From an uncultured Acidobacteriota bacterium (lineage in GTDB: Bacteria > Acidobacteriota > Vicinamibacteria > Vicinamibacterales > UBA2999): a stretch of 64,000 bases of DNA. Shown here in pieces: positions 37,825-46,613 of this stretch (position 1 is its first letter; each line of letters opens with the position of its first letter). The stretch is taken from contig CAWJEM010000023.1 of assembly GCA_963841905.1 (NCBI GenBank), forward strand, positions 984-64,983, written 5' to 3'. Made by a program: the position numbers and the translations under genes. The notes beneath the pieces are model-generated. The model was given only the letters and a program-made list of their open reading frames with translations, was not told the origin of the DNA and made no database searches.

Positions 37825-39615
37825 ATGTCGACAACCACGAACCGCGAAACGGCGCCCCGCGATGGGGGCTCGGTGGACCATCGGCTCGCGCGCCTCCTGG
37901 ACATGCCATTTCTCGCGCGGGTGGTCCCGCACCTCGCGCCCGAGACGCTGCATCAACTCATTCAGTACCGCGGACTCGATGCGTGCGGCGAGCTGGTCAC
38001 GTCTGCAACGCCCGCGCAGCTCAGCTCCCTGCTCGACCTCGATCTGTGGCGCCACGCGCAGCCGGGACGCGACGAACAGTTCGATGTCGATCGCTTCGGC
38101 GAATGGCTCGAAGTGCTGGTGGACACCGGAGACTCCGTGGCAGCACGCACCGTCGCCGCCCTCGACGAGCAGCTGGTGATCGTCGGCCTCTGCCGTTACC
38201 TGCGTGTATTCGACCCGGGCATTTTCGAACCGACAGCATCGAGTGACGACGAGCCGATGGATCGCAGCGCGATGATGAACAGCGAGACGAACGGTGACGT
38301 GCTCGAGTGTGAAGTGGGCGGCTATCTGGTGCGGGCGCGGAGAACCGATGCGTGGGATGCGATCGTCACGCTCCTCATCACGCTCGATATCGAGCACAAC
38401 CACTACTTTCACGCGGTGATGCAGGGATGCCGCCGCCTGTCCAACTCCCGGCCGGAGATCGACGGCCTCGACGATCTGTTGATGGCACCGGAGCAGCACC
38501 TCCAGGACGTCGCGATCGAACGAGAGCGACGGCGATCGCGGCACGGCTACACGACCCCGGCCGACGCGCGCGCCTTCCTTCAGATGGCGCGGCAGCCGCA
38601 ACACACGCCACACACGCCAAATGCATCGGCGTGGGCGTCGATCTCCGCGTCGGCGCCGACGGCCCCGATCGCGATCAACCCCATCGCCACGGCCTACTTT
38701 CGCGCGGTCGAAGAAGAAGCGGACACCACACAAGAAGGCACGTCTGCAGGTGCGCCTGAAAGCGCGCCACACCCCGACGCGACAGACGTCTCCGCGCGCG
38801 GCGACGACGACATCCCCACGACGATCGAGGCGGTCATCGAACTGCTGGCCGAGGCTGGCGTGATGCCGGAACGGCCGCGGGCGCTGCTCGAAGCCGCAGC
38901 CGAGGACCCTCGAGTCGCGAGACTCCCGCTCCTGAGGCGGCTGATGGAGTTCGTGCTGCACCACGACGAGACCGCGTACCTCACGCGCAGTCGTGAGCTT
39001 GCGTTCCTCGCGAATACGCTGCTCGCGGGATCCTCCGTTCAGTCGCGGCCGTTCACGCCCCGGGAAGCGTCCGATGCGGCTGCGTGCACCTGCAATCTGG
39101 GTCTCGAATGCTGGCCGGCGGTCTGGCCGGGCGCCACCTTGCAGCGTGGGTCGTCGCCCCGAGAACTCGACACGGCCATGCCTCCCGACGCGTTCCTCGT
39201 GGATCACGACCTCGTGACGGCGTTCGAAGTGGGCTGGTCGGTGCTGTACCGGGACGTGAGCCTGTTCGTGGCGGATCAGCTCATGTCGACGTTGGCCGAT
39301 CTTCATAGTGTCGACGCCGACACTGGCCGCGGACTCCGCGCACTGGGGCACCAGCTCGTGAAGCAGCGCGAGGCCGGCACACCGTGGCTCGCGCGCGACG
39401 CCGCCGACGTGCTCGCGATGCTCGACATGACCGCCTGGATCAGCGTGCTCGGATTGCTGGACGAATGTCCCATCCTGCCCGCGGCGCTGACTGCCGTTCT
39501 CGAGCGCCGCACGACGTCCGTCAGCCCGACCGCGTTCGAGTTCATCTCGACGACCGCCCAGATTGGCGACATTCGCCTATTCATGAGGACGCTCGCCGGC
39601 GTGTTGTCTCGCTGA
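37825..39615 (+). CDS. Large acidic hypothetical protein (possibly DUF6178-like; unverified)
   Basis: 596-aa ORF with natural amino-acid composition, whereas the antisense 523-aa ORF is Arg/His-rich shadow. The N-terminal ..ATPAQLSSLLDLDLW.. pattern recalls DUF6178 from memory only. Confidence 0.6.
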   Translation: MSTTTNRETAPRDGGSVDHRLARLLDMPFLARVVPHLAPETLHQLIQYRGLDACGELVTSATPAQLSSLLDLDLWRHAQPGRDEQFDVDRFGEWLEVLVDTGDSVAARTVAALDEQLVIVGLCRYLRVFDPGIFEPTASSDDEPMDRSAMMNSETNGDVLECEVGGYLVRARRTDAWDAIVTLLITLDIEHNHYFHAVMQGCRRLSNSRPEIDGLDDLLMAPEQHLQDVAIERERRRSRHGYTTPADARAFLQMARQPQHTPHTPNASAWASISASAPTAPIAINPIATAYFRAVEEEADTTQEGTSAGAPESAPHPDATDVSARGDDDIPTTIEAVIELLAEAGVMPERPRALLEAAAEDPRVARLPLLRRLMEFVLHHDETAYLTRSRELAFLANTLLAGSSVQSRPFTPREASDAAACTCNLGLECWPAVWPGATLQRGSSPRELDTAMPPDAFLVDHDLVTAFEVGWSVLYRDVSLFVADQLMSTLADLHSVDADTGRGLRALGHQLVKQREAGTPWLARDAADVLAMLDMTAWISVLGLLDECPILPAALTAVLERRTTSVSPTAFEFISTTAQIGDIRLFMRTLAGVLSR

Positions 39616-39806
39616 GCGCGCGCTCGGACCGCACAGTTGACGGAGATGCGTGCACGATCCGCGTGTGCACAAACCCTGTGTGCATGTCCAAAATCTGTAT
39701 GCATTTTTCGGACAGGGACGGCCGGCAAGATTAATCGTCTTGCCGTAAGTGATTGCCCTTGCGAGCGGTTCGGTACCGGGTGCCTTTACGCAGCCATCAA
39801 CAGCCA

Positions 39807-39827
39807 GTTGCGGAAATCGTCCCTAAC
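39807..39827 (+). repeat. 21-nt direct repeat GTTGCGGAAATCGTCCCTAAC (copy 1)
   Basis: Exact copy at 46250-46270. The similarity continues imperfectly for about 7 more nt (ACCCAGCC vs GCCAGCC). Confidence 0.8.
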
Positions 39828-39868
39828 ACCCAGCCAGACTCATTCGGCCTGCGGCCTCATTCGTTGGC

Positions 39869-39902
39869 TGGGAGGCCGATTCAGGCACGAATCCCTGCCT
39901 CC
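39869..39902 (+). repeat. tRNA-Gln remnant / att-like repeat
   Basis: TGGGAGG (the acceptor 5' arm) is followed by CGAATCCCTGCCTCC (39888-39902), which is identical to tRNA positions 36080-36094. Confidence 0.6.
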
Positions 39903-40084
39903 GCGGGCGTCTCGAGATTGCGCGACCATGACGGCGCAAGCACAAATGCGTAAAAACCCAGCTGGATGCCGACAGGAACGGCCAAAGTGTTCCGGATCAC
40001 TTATGGGCGCTCCTAGCCATCCGCCGCGATGTATCATCTGCGCCTCCGCTAAGGGGATCCATTACACCGGCATGGGGGTTCATC

Positions 40085-40636
40085 ATGACAACGACGGTCA
40101 ACAACGGCGTGAACGTACAGGCCCTGCTTGATGCGCGAGAGGCTCTGAAGGGCGCACCAGAGGCAGCCAAATTCACGTGGCGAGCGTCCTGCAAGTGGCA
40201 GAACGGCACCCACAGCGAGTCAAAAGTCTCGAGCTTCTTCGGACTCGGGCAGGAACAGAGCCACAAGAGGGAGACATCCCTGGGTGCGGATCATCCGGAG
40301 GTCTTCGCTTCGGAGGATCACGCCATCACCCCAGTCGAATACGTTCTCGTCGGCCTCGCGAGCTGCCTGACCGCCGGGGTGGCAGCGGTCGCGCAGAATC
40401 GCGGCATTCAGCTCCGCTCCGTGGAATCGAATCTCGAAGGCAAGATGGACATCCGCGGCATCCTCGGCGTCGACAGCGACGTGCGCAACGGCTACGACGA
40501 CATCAAAGTGACATTCAAGATTGATGCGGATGCGTCGAAAGAGGACATTGAAGCGCTCGTCGCGCAGTCGCAGAAGCGCTCGGCGGTGTACGACGTCATC
40601 ACCAATCCCGTAAACGTCACGGTTGAAGTCGTTTAG
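40085..40636 (+). CDS. OsmC-family peroxiredoxin-like protein
   Basis: 183 aa. ..ITPVEYVLVGLASCLTAGVAAVA.. and ..QKRSAVYDVITNPV.. are typical OsmC/Ohr fold patterns. Confidence 0.8.
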   Translation: MTTTVNNGVNVQALLDAREALKGAPEAAKFTWRASCKWQNGTHSESKVSSFFGLGQEQSHKRETSLGADHPEVFASEDHAITPVEYVLVGLASCLTAGVAAVAQNRGIQLRSVESNLEGKMDIRGILGVDSDVRNGYDDIKVTFKIDADASKEDIEALVAQSQKRSAVYDVITNPVNVTVEVV

Positions 40637-40692
40637 TTAGCAGGGGCGGAACCATCGAACAGGTCACCACGGTCGTCATCGGCGCCGGGCAT

Positions 40693-41901
40693 ATGGGCCT
40701 GGCAGCGAGCCGATGTCTCAACGAGCGATCCATCGAACACGTGGTGCTCGAGCGCGGCGAAATCGCCAACTCCTGGCGTCGCGAGCGCTGGGACTCACTC
40801 CGGCTGCTGACGCCCAATTGGCAGAGTCGACTGCCCGGGTATCACTACGACGGCCCGGACCCGGACGGCTACATGAAGATGTGTGAGGTGATCGACTTCA
40901 TCTCACGCTTTGCCGTGTTGTCGAGTGCGCCGGTGCGCATGCACACCACCGTCACACGTGTGCAACGAACCGACGCCGGATACGTCGTTGCCACGACCAA
41001 CGGCGATCTGCGCTGCCGCACCATCATGATCGCGAGCGGCGCGTGTAACGTTCCGAACGTACCGGCGCTCGGCAAAGCCGTGCCGCCATCGATCCAGTGC
41101 TTCACGCCATTCAGCTACCGCAACCCGAATGACTTGCCGGACGGCGGCGTGCTGGTCGTCGGCGCCTCGGCCACCGGCGTCCAACTCGGCGACGAAATCA
41201 TCCGTTCCGGTCGGCCGGTCACTCTCTCCGTCGGCGAGCACGTCAGGCTGCCAAGGACGTATCGCGGGCGCGACGTGCTGTGGTGGATGGATGCGTCGGG
41301 CGTGTGGAATCAGCGCTACACCGAAGTCGACGACCTGATGCGTGTCCGCCGCCTCCCATCGCCGCAACTCATCGGGACGCCTGAGCGAGCGACGTTGGAT
41401 CTCAACGCGCTCGGTTCCGCCGGTGTCGAGATTGTCGGCCGTCTGTCCGCAGTGCGAGACGGACAGGCATTGTTCTCCGGTGGACTGCGAAATCAGTTTG
41501 CGCTGGCAGACTTGAAGATGAACCGGTTGCTCGGCACGTTCGATGAATGGGCTCGGAGCCACGCCCGCGAGGCCGAGGTCGGTCCTCCCGAACGGTTTGA
41601 ACCGACACGCGCGCCGGAGGCGTCAACTCTGAAACTCGATCTGCGGAATGGAGAAATCCGTTCGATCGTGTGGGCGACGGGATTCCACCCGGACTACAGC
41701 TGGTTAGACCTGCCCGTGATTGATGACAAAGGACACTTGCGGCACGACGGAGGCGTCGTTGATGCGCCAGGTCTCTATGCGCTTGGGTTGCCGTTCCTTC
41801 GACGTCGGAAGTCGACGTTCATCAGTGGTGCTGAAGACGATGCGCGTGAGCTCGTCGATCACTTAGCCGATTATTTGGCTACCCCGGCATCGCGAAGCTA
41901 G
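40693..41901 (+). CDS. FAD/NAD(P)-binding oxidoreductase (flavin monooxygenase-like)
   Basis: WRRERWDSLRLLTPNW and a second dinucleotide motif VLVVGASATGVQ. The Rossmann strand TTVVIGAGH precedes the first canonical start, so the true 5' end is upstream (open from 40627). Confidence 0.7.
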   Translation: MGLAASRCLNERSIEHVVLERGEIANSWRRERWDSLRLLTPNWQSRLPGYHYDGPDPDGYMKMCEVIDFISRFAVLSSAPVRMHTTVTRVQRTDAGYVVATTNGDLRCRTIMIASGACNVPNVPALGKAVPPSIQCFTPFSYRNPNDLPDGGVLVVGASATGVQLGDEIIRSGRPVTLSVGEHVRLPRTYRGRDVLWWMDASGVWNQRYTEVDDLMRVRRLPSPQLIGTPERATLDLNALGSAGVEIVGRLSAVRDGQALFSGGLRNQFALADLKMNRLLGTFDEWARSHAREAEVGPPERFEPTRAPEASTLKLDLRNGEIRSIVWATGFHPDYSWLDLPVIDDKGHLRHDGGVVDAPGLYALGLPFLRRRKSTFISGAEDDARELVDHLADYLATPASRS

Positions 41902-43096
41902 TCACCTCGAGCGACTCTTTCTTCATTTCATCGCTCAGTGCACGATGGAGCTGCTGAACCTTTGGGAGGTCCCACTCGAAGGATGCGACGGCATCGGTCA
42001 CTTCAAAGTGTCGGACCGCCAACTTGTCGCGAGCACTCTGATAGCCGGCAAACGCCGCCTCCGTGCCGGCGACTGCCGCTTGCGCGAGCAGTTCCGCGTC
42101 GATGAACGCATCTGTGATTCCGTGGGCCGTAAGCGGATCCTTGAAGTAACCGGCATCACCCACGAGTGCCCAGCCGGGTCCGAACGATTGTCGAAAGAAT
42201 CCGGTCTCGCCCGAAAACCCGCGGTACTTTTCAGTCCTTTCCGACTGTTCCACAACCGCCGCCAGGTCGGACGCGCATTCCCTCAATACTTGTCGGTATC
42301 CCGCGTCCGTACCGTGCCTCATCCTCTCGTGGAACCGCCCCTGTGGAACCGAGGCAAATATGCAAGTCAGCCCGTCATTGGTCGGAATCACGCCGGCGCT
42401 GACACCAGGGTTGTAGTACCAGTGGTAGCCATCGAACCCCGTGCCTGACCAGTAGCTGAAGACAACGCCGGTCGCATGATGACCGGTTCGATAGCATTCA
42501 GAGCCGACGAGACGCGCGACCGTAGAACGGACACCATCGGCTCCGATCACCAGTTCAGCCGAAACCTGCCGCTCCCGATCATGACCATCTTTGAGGCGCA
42601 CACCGGAGACGCGCCCGTTGTCCCCGCGGACCAGATCGACGAGGTGCGTTTCGAACGTGATCGCGGCACCGGCTTTTTGCGCGGCATCGACAAGCAACCG
42701 GTCAATGACAGTACGCCGAGGTCCGTAGAGACCATCAATGTCGTGCTGCGGTTTGATCTGCACCGCGACGACCTCGTCGCCGTAGTGAAACGACGTCGAT
42801 CGGACCACAGGCGTACCGGCCGCTTTGATTCCCTCGAGAACGCCCCAGCGAGAGAGTTGGATGACGCCGGCGCGCATGAGGGCGTGGGTCGAGACCGTAT
42901 CGCTCCCGTAGCGACCGCGGTCGATCGCGAGCACACGAAGGCCTCGTCTCGCGAGGAGCAGTGCGGTGGCCGCGCCGGCGCAGCGGGCTCCGACAATGAC
43001 GACATCGAAATCGACGGATGGGGCAGCGACGCGGATAACATTAGCACGACGTCTGACGGTGGCAAGTCGAATCCAATGGGGAAACATGAGCGGCAA
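41879..43096 (-). CDS. FAD-dependent monooxygenase
   Basis: FDVVIVGARCAGAATALLLARRGLRVLAIDR FAD motif and a later GDAGYFKDPLTAHG motif. The start is uncertain (43096 or 43087). Confidence 0.75.
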   Translation of the reverse strand: MPLMFPHWIRLATVRRRANVIRVAAPSVDFDVVIVGARCAGAATALLLARRGLRVLAIDRGRYGSDTVSTHALMRAGVIQLSRWGVLEGIKAAGTPVVRSTSFHYGDEVVAVQIKPQHDIDGLYGPRRTVIDRLLVDAAQKAGAAITFETHLVDLVRGDNGRVSGVRLKDGHDRERQVSAELVIGADGVRSTVARLVGSECYRTGHHATGVVFSYWSGTGFDGYHWYYNPGVSAGVIPTNDGLTCIFASVPQGRFHERMRHGTDAGYRQVLRECASDLAAVVEQSERTEKYRGFSGETGFFRQSFGPGWALVGDAGYFKDPLTAHGITDAFIDAELLAQAAVAGTEAAFAGYQSARDKLAVRHFEVTDAVASFEWDLPKVQQLHRALSDEMKKESLEVTSFAMPG

Positions 43097-43538
43097 TGTT
43101 GATCAAATCTGGCCTGGTGGCATTCCACGCGTTGGCCAAGTCGCGGAGCGCTCGCGCACGGTGAACGCCAGAGATATCGAACGGTTCACCGAGATCAGCG
43201 GAGATAGGAATCCGATTCACTACGATGAGGCCGTGGCGAAGGCGAGCCGCTTCGGCGAGATCGTTGTACAGGGTGGTGTAACGAGCGCAATCCTCAACGC
43301 GCTCGTGGCTGAAGACCTCCCGGGACCTGGCACCGTATTCCTTCAGGTGAATTGGAGCTTCAAGGCACCGGTTCGGCCCGGTGACACGATTACTGGCCGC
43401 GCCGAGGTACTCGAGGTGCGAACCGATAAACCCATCACGAAGCTCAAGACCAGCGTCATCAGAGACGACGGAACGCTCGTCCTCGACGGTGACGCGGTGT
43501 GCTATACGATGCCGATCGCGAAGGGCGCGAACGCTTAA
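43086..43538 (+). CDS. MaoC-like (R)-specific enoyl-CoA hydratase/dehydratase
   Basis: FTEISGDRNPIHYDEAVAKASRFGEIVVQGG hot-dog hydratase motif. ATG at 43086. Confidence 0.8.
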   Translation: MSGNVDQIWPGGIPRVGQVAERSRTVNARDIERFTEISGDRNPIHYDEAVAKASRFGEIVVQGGVTSAILNALVAEDLPGPGTVFLQVNWSFKAPVRPGDTITGRAEVLEVRTDKPITKLKTSVIRDDGTLVLDGDAVCYTMPIAKGANA

Positions 43539-43729
43539 CGTCAAGTATCGCGACGAGCGGTCCCAGGCAGACTGAACAGAGGACCCAGCTCTCCGCTGGG
43601 ATCTGCACCTCGCCCGTGATGCCACCTCCACAACCGTCCACACGTAAGCAATCCCACGAATGCCTGCTTCCCGTAACGGCGGTTCGCCTGATCGAAGACC
43701 GCTAGAAGCGTGTGACTCTTCTTCAACTC

Positions 43730-43800
43730 GCCACTTATCGACTAGCAATACCAAACTTGACGATAATCGATAAATAAGTTATTGATATTCGATAAACAGG
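43730..43800 (+). promoter_or_regulatory. AT-rich promoter/operator region with TCGATAA repeats
   Basis: TTATCGAC, AATCGATAAA and TTCGATAAA within 60 nt. TTGACG (43757-43762) followed 17 nt later by TATTGA. Located upstream of the DUF2975-HTH pair. Confidence 0.35.
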
Positions 43801-43809
43801 TGGTGAATC

Positions 43810-44337
43810 ATGTCCAGGCCAGCCTCGTCATCCGCCGCGTTGCCAATCGCGTACGTCGTGCTGCGAATCCTCATCGTCGTGAACTGGCTGTTCGGCGCCG
43901 CGATCCTCGCTCTGCTGGTCGCCACGCCCAACCGGCAATGGATCATGAGCGCGTTCCAACTTTCTCCGTCGCCCGAGGCAGAGCGGCTGATCATGGGCCT
44001 GCAAGCGATCGCGGTGGTCGGCCTCGCCGCGATCCCGCTGAACTACGCCGTCCTCAAACGGTTGCTTGCGATCGTTGAAACGGTTCGCGCGGGCGACCCA
44101 TTCGTCGCCGCGAACGCGTCCCGTCTGCAGGCGATCGCCTGGGCGCTGCTCGCGCTGCAGCTTCTCAGCCTCGTCATCGGCGCGATCGCCAATACCGTTT
44201 CGACTCCGGCACATCCCCTCGATGTCGATGCGGGCTTTTCGATCAACGGCTGGCTCGCCGTACTCCTCACGTTCCTGCTGGCCCGCGTGTTCGCGGAGGG
44301 CACGCTCATGCGCGAAGACCTCGAAGGGACGGTGTGA
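43810..44337 (+). CDS. DUF2975-type membrane protein
   Basis: Four predicted TM segments, and the usual pairing with a downstream YozG-like HTH gene. Confidence 0.7.
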   Translation: MSRPASSSAALPIAYVVLRILIVVNWLFGAAILALLVATPNRQWIMSAFQLSPSPEAERLIMGLQAIAVVGLAAIPLNYAVLKRLLAIVETVRAGDPFVAANASRLQAIAWALLALQLLSLVIGAIANTVSTPAHPLDVDAGFSINGWLAVLLTFLLARVFAEGTLMREDLEGTV

Positions 44338-44338
44338 C

Positions 44339-44596
44339 ATGGCGATCGCCGTCAAGCTCGACGACCTGCTTCACGATCGGCGGATGACGCTGACCGAGCT
44401 CGCGGATGGGATCGGAATGACGCTGGCCAACCTCTCGATCCTCAAGACCGGCAAGGCGCGCGCGATCCGCTTCTCGACGCTCGATGCGATCTGCGAGGCG
44501 CTCGCGTGCCAGCCTGGCGACATTCTCCGGTTTGAGCTTGAGCGCGCAGAGCGCGAGCGACCGGCAGCGGCGAGCAAACGGAGCGCAGGCCGATAG
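44339..44596 (+). CDS. XRE/YozG-like helix-turn-helix transcriptional regulator
   Basis: MAIAVKLDDLLHDRRMTLTELADGIGMTLANLSILKTGKARAIRFSTLDAICEAL. The ATG lies 1 nt after the upstream TGA. Confidence 0.85.
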   Translation: MAIAVKLDDLLHDRRMTLTELADGIGMTLANLSILKTGKARAIRFSTLDAICEALACQPGDILRFELERAERERPAAASKRSAGR

Positions 44597-44784
44597 ATCG
44601 AGGGCGCACGCGCTCGTGCAGGATCTTCCAGATCAATCGACACAGCCGATGCGGGGCGACACGAGTACCGGCGGATGGGAGTCCCACGCAAACGCAGGCG
44701 ACCAGTCGTCGAAGCCTCTGTGAGCGCGGATAACTTCAATCCTTCGACTCATCGAACGAACCTCTCATCGGCGACGCTCATGCC

Positions 44785-45852
44785 TCACGCGGCAATACGC
44801 AGCAGCTTGCTCATGTTCCCGCTCAGAATCGCAATCTTGTCGGCGTCGCTGAGAAATGCGGCATCCAGGACGAGATCGACCGTCACCGGCCAGTTGAACG
44901 GGACGTCGGTGCCATAGGCGACCTGTCCGACGCCGACCTCCGCGACCAGGTGACGGAGTCCCTCGCTGGAGAACACCATCGTGTCGATGAAGATCTGAGA
45001 TTTCAGGTAATCGCTGGGCTTCCTCTTGTTGGCGCAATCGGCGTTGCTGCGAACCACGCAGGCCGCCTCGGTGCGGCCCAGGTACGAGGGAAGGTAGCCG
45101 CCAGCATGGGCCGCGCAGACTCGAAGGCCAGGAAACTTGTCCAGCGTCCCGTCGAAGATCACGCGTGAGAGGAAGTAGGTGGTCTCGAGCGGATTGCCGA
45201 TGATGTTGCCGAGATCGCCTCGCCCGTCCAGCGCGCCATTTTTGATGAGGTTGGCCGCGCCACCCGGGTGCATGACGACAGGCACGCCAAGCTCGGCGGC
45301 TTTGGCCCAGAACACGTCGTACTTCGGGAGCGACAGATCCTCGCCGTTGACATGACCGCCGATGGAAGCCCCGCGGAGTCCGAGACGCGTGACGCCATCC
45401 TGGAACTGGTCGGCCGCAAGCTCGGGATGCTGCAACGCCACCGACGCCATCGCCACGAACCGGTCGGGGTGGGTGGCCACCCACTTCGCCAATCCCTCGT
45501 TCTGCGCCCGCACGATCGCGCCGGCGAGCTCACGGTCCGCGGCGTACCACCAGAACCCATTGATGGTGAGCGCCTGCACGTCGACGCCCTGCTGATCCAT
45601 GATCCGGAGTCGTTCCGCGCCGAGAGCGTTGCCACCGCCCATTTTGGCAAGTGGTGAGCCTTTGACGACTTCCGAAACGGGGATCACACAGTGGGCGTGG
45701 ATGTCGATCACCTTGATCCGCCGGCCGCCGACGGTGACCTGCCGCCGCGACCCCGGTGTCTGTGCGAGCAGACCGCGGCTTCCGGTCAGGTGTGGCACTG
45801 ACGCACTGGCGGCGATGGCTCGAAGAAAATCTCTGCGGCTCGCTTTCTTCAC
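44785..45852 (-). CDS. Tat-exported amidohydrolase-2 family metal-dependent hydrolase
   Basis: GTG 45852 with a GGGAGGA RBS. SRRDFLRAIAASA Tat signal and VIDIHAHCV HxH motif. Confidence 0.8.
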   Translation of the reverse strand: MKKASRRDFLRAIAASASVPHLTGSRGLLAQTPGSRRQVTVGGRRIKVIDIHAHCVIPVSEVVKGSPLAKMGGGNALGAERLRIMDQQGVDVQALTINGFWWYAADRELAGAIVRAQNEGLAKWVATHPDRFVAMASVALQHPELAADQFQDGVTRLGLRGASIGGHVNGEDLSLPKYDVFWAKAAELGVPVVMHPGGAANLIKNGALDGRGDLGNIIGNPLETTYFLSRVIFDGTLDKFPGLRVCAAHAGGYLPSYLGRTEAACVVRSNADCANKRKPSDYLKSQIFIDTMVFSSEGLRHLVAEVGVGQVAYGTDVPFNWPVTVDLVLDAAFLSDADKIAILSGNMSKLLRIAA

Positions 45853-46249
45853 GGTGTCCTCCCGTTCCGATGATGGCAGAACGCCATTGCCAAGTAGCGA
45901 AAATACCGCTGCCGGAAGTGGGTACAAGTCCGGCCGCAATTGGTGGAAAACCGTGAGACACCCGTCCCCCTCACCCATTGATGGCACGTCGCGCCGCACG
46001 GCTCGATCTGGCGACGGTGCTGCGCGAAGGGTAGGTCGGCTCGCCGCGAAGCTGATGGCAGGACGCGAATTCAGTGCGCACTGGACGCAGGAAATCGGCG
46101 TGCGCACGGCCGCCGATCCACTCACCTTCGCGGTAACCGGGTTGGCAGTGGCGGGAGTGGCCAGCTGGCCCGCACACTGCCGGCCATTCGCGCGACACGG
46201 ATCGACCGGTAATAGCGTTGCCGCGCTGACTAGGTCACGGCGCACCCCG

Positions 46250-46270
46250 GTTGCGGAAATCGTCCCTAAC
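46250..46270 (+). repeat. 21-nt direct repeat GTTGCGGAAATCGTCCCTAAC (copy 2)
   Basis: Exact match to 39807-39827. Confidence 0.8.
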
Positions 46271-46289
46271 GCCAGCCGTGTTCTCGGGG

Positions 46290-46509
46290 CTTACATCAAC
46301 CTCCATGTTTATGACGGCGGGCCACCTGGTCGAGCAGATCATCGGTGGTCGTGGACGACCTGATCAGGGAACGCCTCTTCGCTCCGCTCGCGATGACACG
46401 GTCGACGACTTCTGTCCGCGACTGCCCTTACGGGCGCGCCGGTCAGCATCCGATGACCCACCAGCGTAAGTCCGCGATGTTTGACGAGCATGCGCAGGCC
46501 AGGCCGTGA
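46290..46509 (+). pseudogene. Fragment of a beta-lactamase-related serine hydrolase (C-terminal part, frameshifted)
   Basis: ..MTAGHLVEQIIGG then, one frame over, VVDDLIRERLFAPLAMTRST.. This resembles the conserved ..aGhlve.vsG....dfl.eriF.PLGM.dT pattern. There is no N-terminal half. Confidence 0.35.
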
Positions 46510-46613
46510 ATCGAACAAGACCGCGTCAATCCGCCGCCACACTCGTGTCATTGGAGGCGATCTCCCCGTCTTCCGTTTGCGGTCTTGGTCTGCACAAGAT
46601 CGACAACGACGGA

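Noticed and set aside
37780-39351. 523-aa ORF on the minus strand, antisense to 37825..39615
   Set aside because: Arg/His/Gly-rich low-complexity translation typical of shadow ORFs in high-GC DNA. The plus-strand product has normal composition and a clean start.
39869-39902. A second functional tRNA
   Set aside because: Only the acceptor 5' arm and a T-arm/acceptor 3' fragment are present. There is no D arm, anticodon arm or CCA, so it is interpreted as an att-type remnant.
36100-46300. Integrase, transposase or recombinase genes that would explain the islets
   Set aside because: I read all six frames of the non-coding patches by eye and found no DDE, tyrosine- or serine-recombinase motifs. 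Absence cannot be proven without a profile search.
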